From the human T2T-CHM13v2.0 reference genome, Homo sapiens, in the NCBI RefSeq assembly GCF_009914755.1, contig NC_060942.1: 64,000 nt of DNA. The stretch is one strand, 5' to 3'. The notes beneath the pieces were generated by a model that was not told the DNA's origin, made no database searches, and was given only the letters and a program-made list of their open reading frames with translations. The first letter of the stretch is position 1, and each line of letters starts with the position of its first letter. Shown one piece after another: positions 61,948-64,000 of the stretch. The position numbers and the translations under genes are program-made.

Positions 61948-62660
61948 TGTAGTAGCCAGGGTTCTCTAGAGAAACAGAACCAATCGGAGGTGTGTGTGTA
62001 CGTATGGAGAGAGAGAGAGAGAGATTTATTTTAAGGAATTGGCTCATGCGATTGCGAGGGCTGACAGGTCTGAAATCCGTAGGTTGGACTGGCAGACTGA
62101 AGGCCAAGAAAAGAGTTGATTCTGCAGCTCAAGTCCAAAGACAGTCTGGAGGCAGAATTCCTCCCTCTTCTTCAGGGGACATTAGCCTTTTTGTCTTAAG
62201 ACTTTTAGCTGATTGGATGAGGCCCACCCACATGATGGAGAATAATCTGCTTTATTCAAAGTCTACTGATTTAAATGTTAATCTCATCTAAAAAACACCT
62301 TCACAGTGACATTTAGGCTGGCATTTGACCAAACATCTGGGCATCGTAGCCTAGTCAAGTTAACATGTAAAATTACCCAACACTAGTTCTTGCCTCGCCA
62401 ACTTGGCACTCATATACATTTCTTGAAACAGTACTTAATCGTCAATAAAGAGTATAACAAGACACAATTCTGACTAACATGATACAACTATCCTGTATAC
62501 AATCGAAAATACACTAACCCTTTCCCCAGAAGAAGAAATAAAGTCCTCGGGTGATGTTCGAGCTTCCCCTTGATATCCTGTAACTTCAATACTGTGGTAT
62601 TAAGTCAATACATCTTAGGTTGAATGATAAGGAGATGAGAGAGGGAAGAAAACAAAAGAT
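61948..62660 (-). mobile_element. MLT2 LTR with adjacent ERVL internal sequence
   Basis: gggttctctagagaaacagaacc..ttttaaggaattggctca motif; LTR ends near 62381 and is followed by internal-like sequence. Confidence 0.75.
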
Positions 62661-62661
62661 G

Positions 62662-64000
62662 ACTTTTATTTTTAGTTGACACATAATAATTGTACATATT
62701 TATGGGGTACAGAGTGATATTGCCATACATGGATACAGTGTGTAATGATCAAGTCAGTAATTAGCTTATCTATCACCTCGAACATTCATTTCTTTGTTTT
62801 GTGAACATTCAAAATCCTCTCTTCTAGTTTTTTGAAAGTATACACTAAATTATTGTTAACCACATTCACCCTGCAGTATTAGGGAACACTAGAATGTATT
62901 CTTATTTAGCTGTAGTTTCATATCCATTAAGCAATCTCTCCCTGTCCCCGCTCCTACACTTCTGAGCCTCTGTTAAACACTGTGCTGTTCTCTACTTCTA
63001 TGAACTCAAATTCTTTAAGCTTCTATATATGAGTGAGAACATGCAGAATTTATCTTTCTGTTCCTGACATATTTCATTTAACATAATGTCCTTCAGGCTC
63101 ATCCGTGTTGCCATAAGTGACAGGATTTCATTCATTTTTATGGTTGAATAGTATTCCCCTGTGTATATATACCTCGTTTTCTTTATCCATTCATCTGTTG
63201 ATGGGCATTTAGGTTGACTTCATATCTTGATTATTGTGAATAATGCTGCAGTGAACATGGGGGTACAGGTCTATTCACAATAACAAAGACATGGAATCAA
63301 TCTAGATGCCCATCGACAGTGAACTGGATAAAGGAAATATGGTACTTATACACCATGGAATAGTATGCAGCCATAAAAAAGAATGAACTCATGTCCTTTG
63401 CAGTGACATGGATGCAGCTGAAGGCCATTATCCTAAGTAAATTAACACAGGAGTAGAAAAACCAAATACCGTATGTTCTCACTTATAAGTAGGAGCTTAA
63501 CATTGAGTACACATGGACATAAAGATGAGAACAAAAGACACTGGAGGACACTGGGGACTTCTAGAGGGAGGAGGATGAGAGGTGGGTGAAGGCTGAAAAA
63601 CTACCTATCAGGTACTATGCTCAGTACCTGGGCGATTTTTTGGTTTCATACACCAAACCTCAGCAACACTCAGTTTACCCATATAACTAACAAACCTACA
63701 CATGTACCCTCTGAACCTAAATTAAAAGTTGAAAAAAAATGTTACCTGCATTTTAGAGCCTAAAAACCTCCATGGGGGCACAGGTGTCCCTTTCATATAC
63801 AAATTCCCTTTTCTTTGGATAGATACTCAGTAGTGAGATGGCTAGATTGTATGGTAGTTCTACTTTTAGTTTTTAAAGAAACCTCCATACTGTTTTCCAT
63901 AATCGCCGTACCAATTTACATTCCCACTAATAATGTATAATAGTTTCCTTTTCTTCACATCCTTTCCAGCATTTGCTATTTTTGGTCTTTTTGATGATAG
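62662..64000 (-). mobile_element. L1MA-like 3' region, interrupted by a sense-strand L1 3' fragment at 63271-63770
   Basis: Antisense L1 3'UTR motifs on both sides; sense-strand L1 3' end with an A tail inside. Confidence 0.82.

Overview
Primate (human-like) genomic DNA inside LAMA3 (laminin alpha-3, long alpha3B form), + strand. Ten coding exons (numbered 3-12 from memory of the reference gene) splice in frame and encode most of the LN domain, LE repeats 1-3, a linker and LE4. The introns are rich in Alu, L1, L2, MIR, LTR and hAT repeats, which explain most of the ORF track. Main findings: (1) Three decayed LE-coding exon remnants lie in introns 11 and 12 (about 43388-43411; 43512-44186, split by an LTR with a CTTC target duplication; 61771-61891). 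They match, in order, the three LE modules that the paralogue LAMA5 has and human alpha3B lacks. One of them may still be an in-frame 24-nt microexon. (2) The intron-9 read-through tail of the known LaNt alpha31 isoform appears to take its last codons, stop codon and AATAAA from a MIR. (3) A similar read-through, stop and AATAAA layout follows exon 12. (4) Intron 11 has a GC donor. (5) Intron 6 holds a GC-rich element with a strong antisense donor. (6) There are several recent local duplications. Repeat subfamily names, exon numbers and LAMA5 comparisons come from memory, not from a search, and repeat boundaries are approximate.
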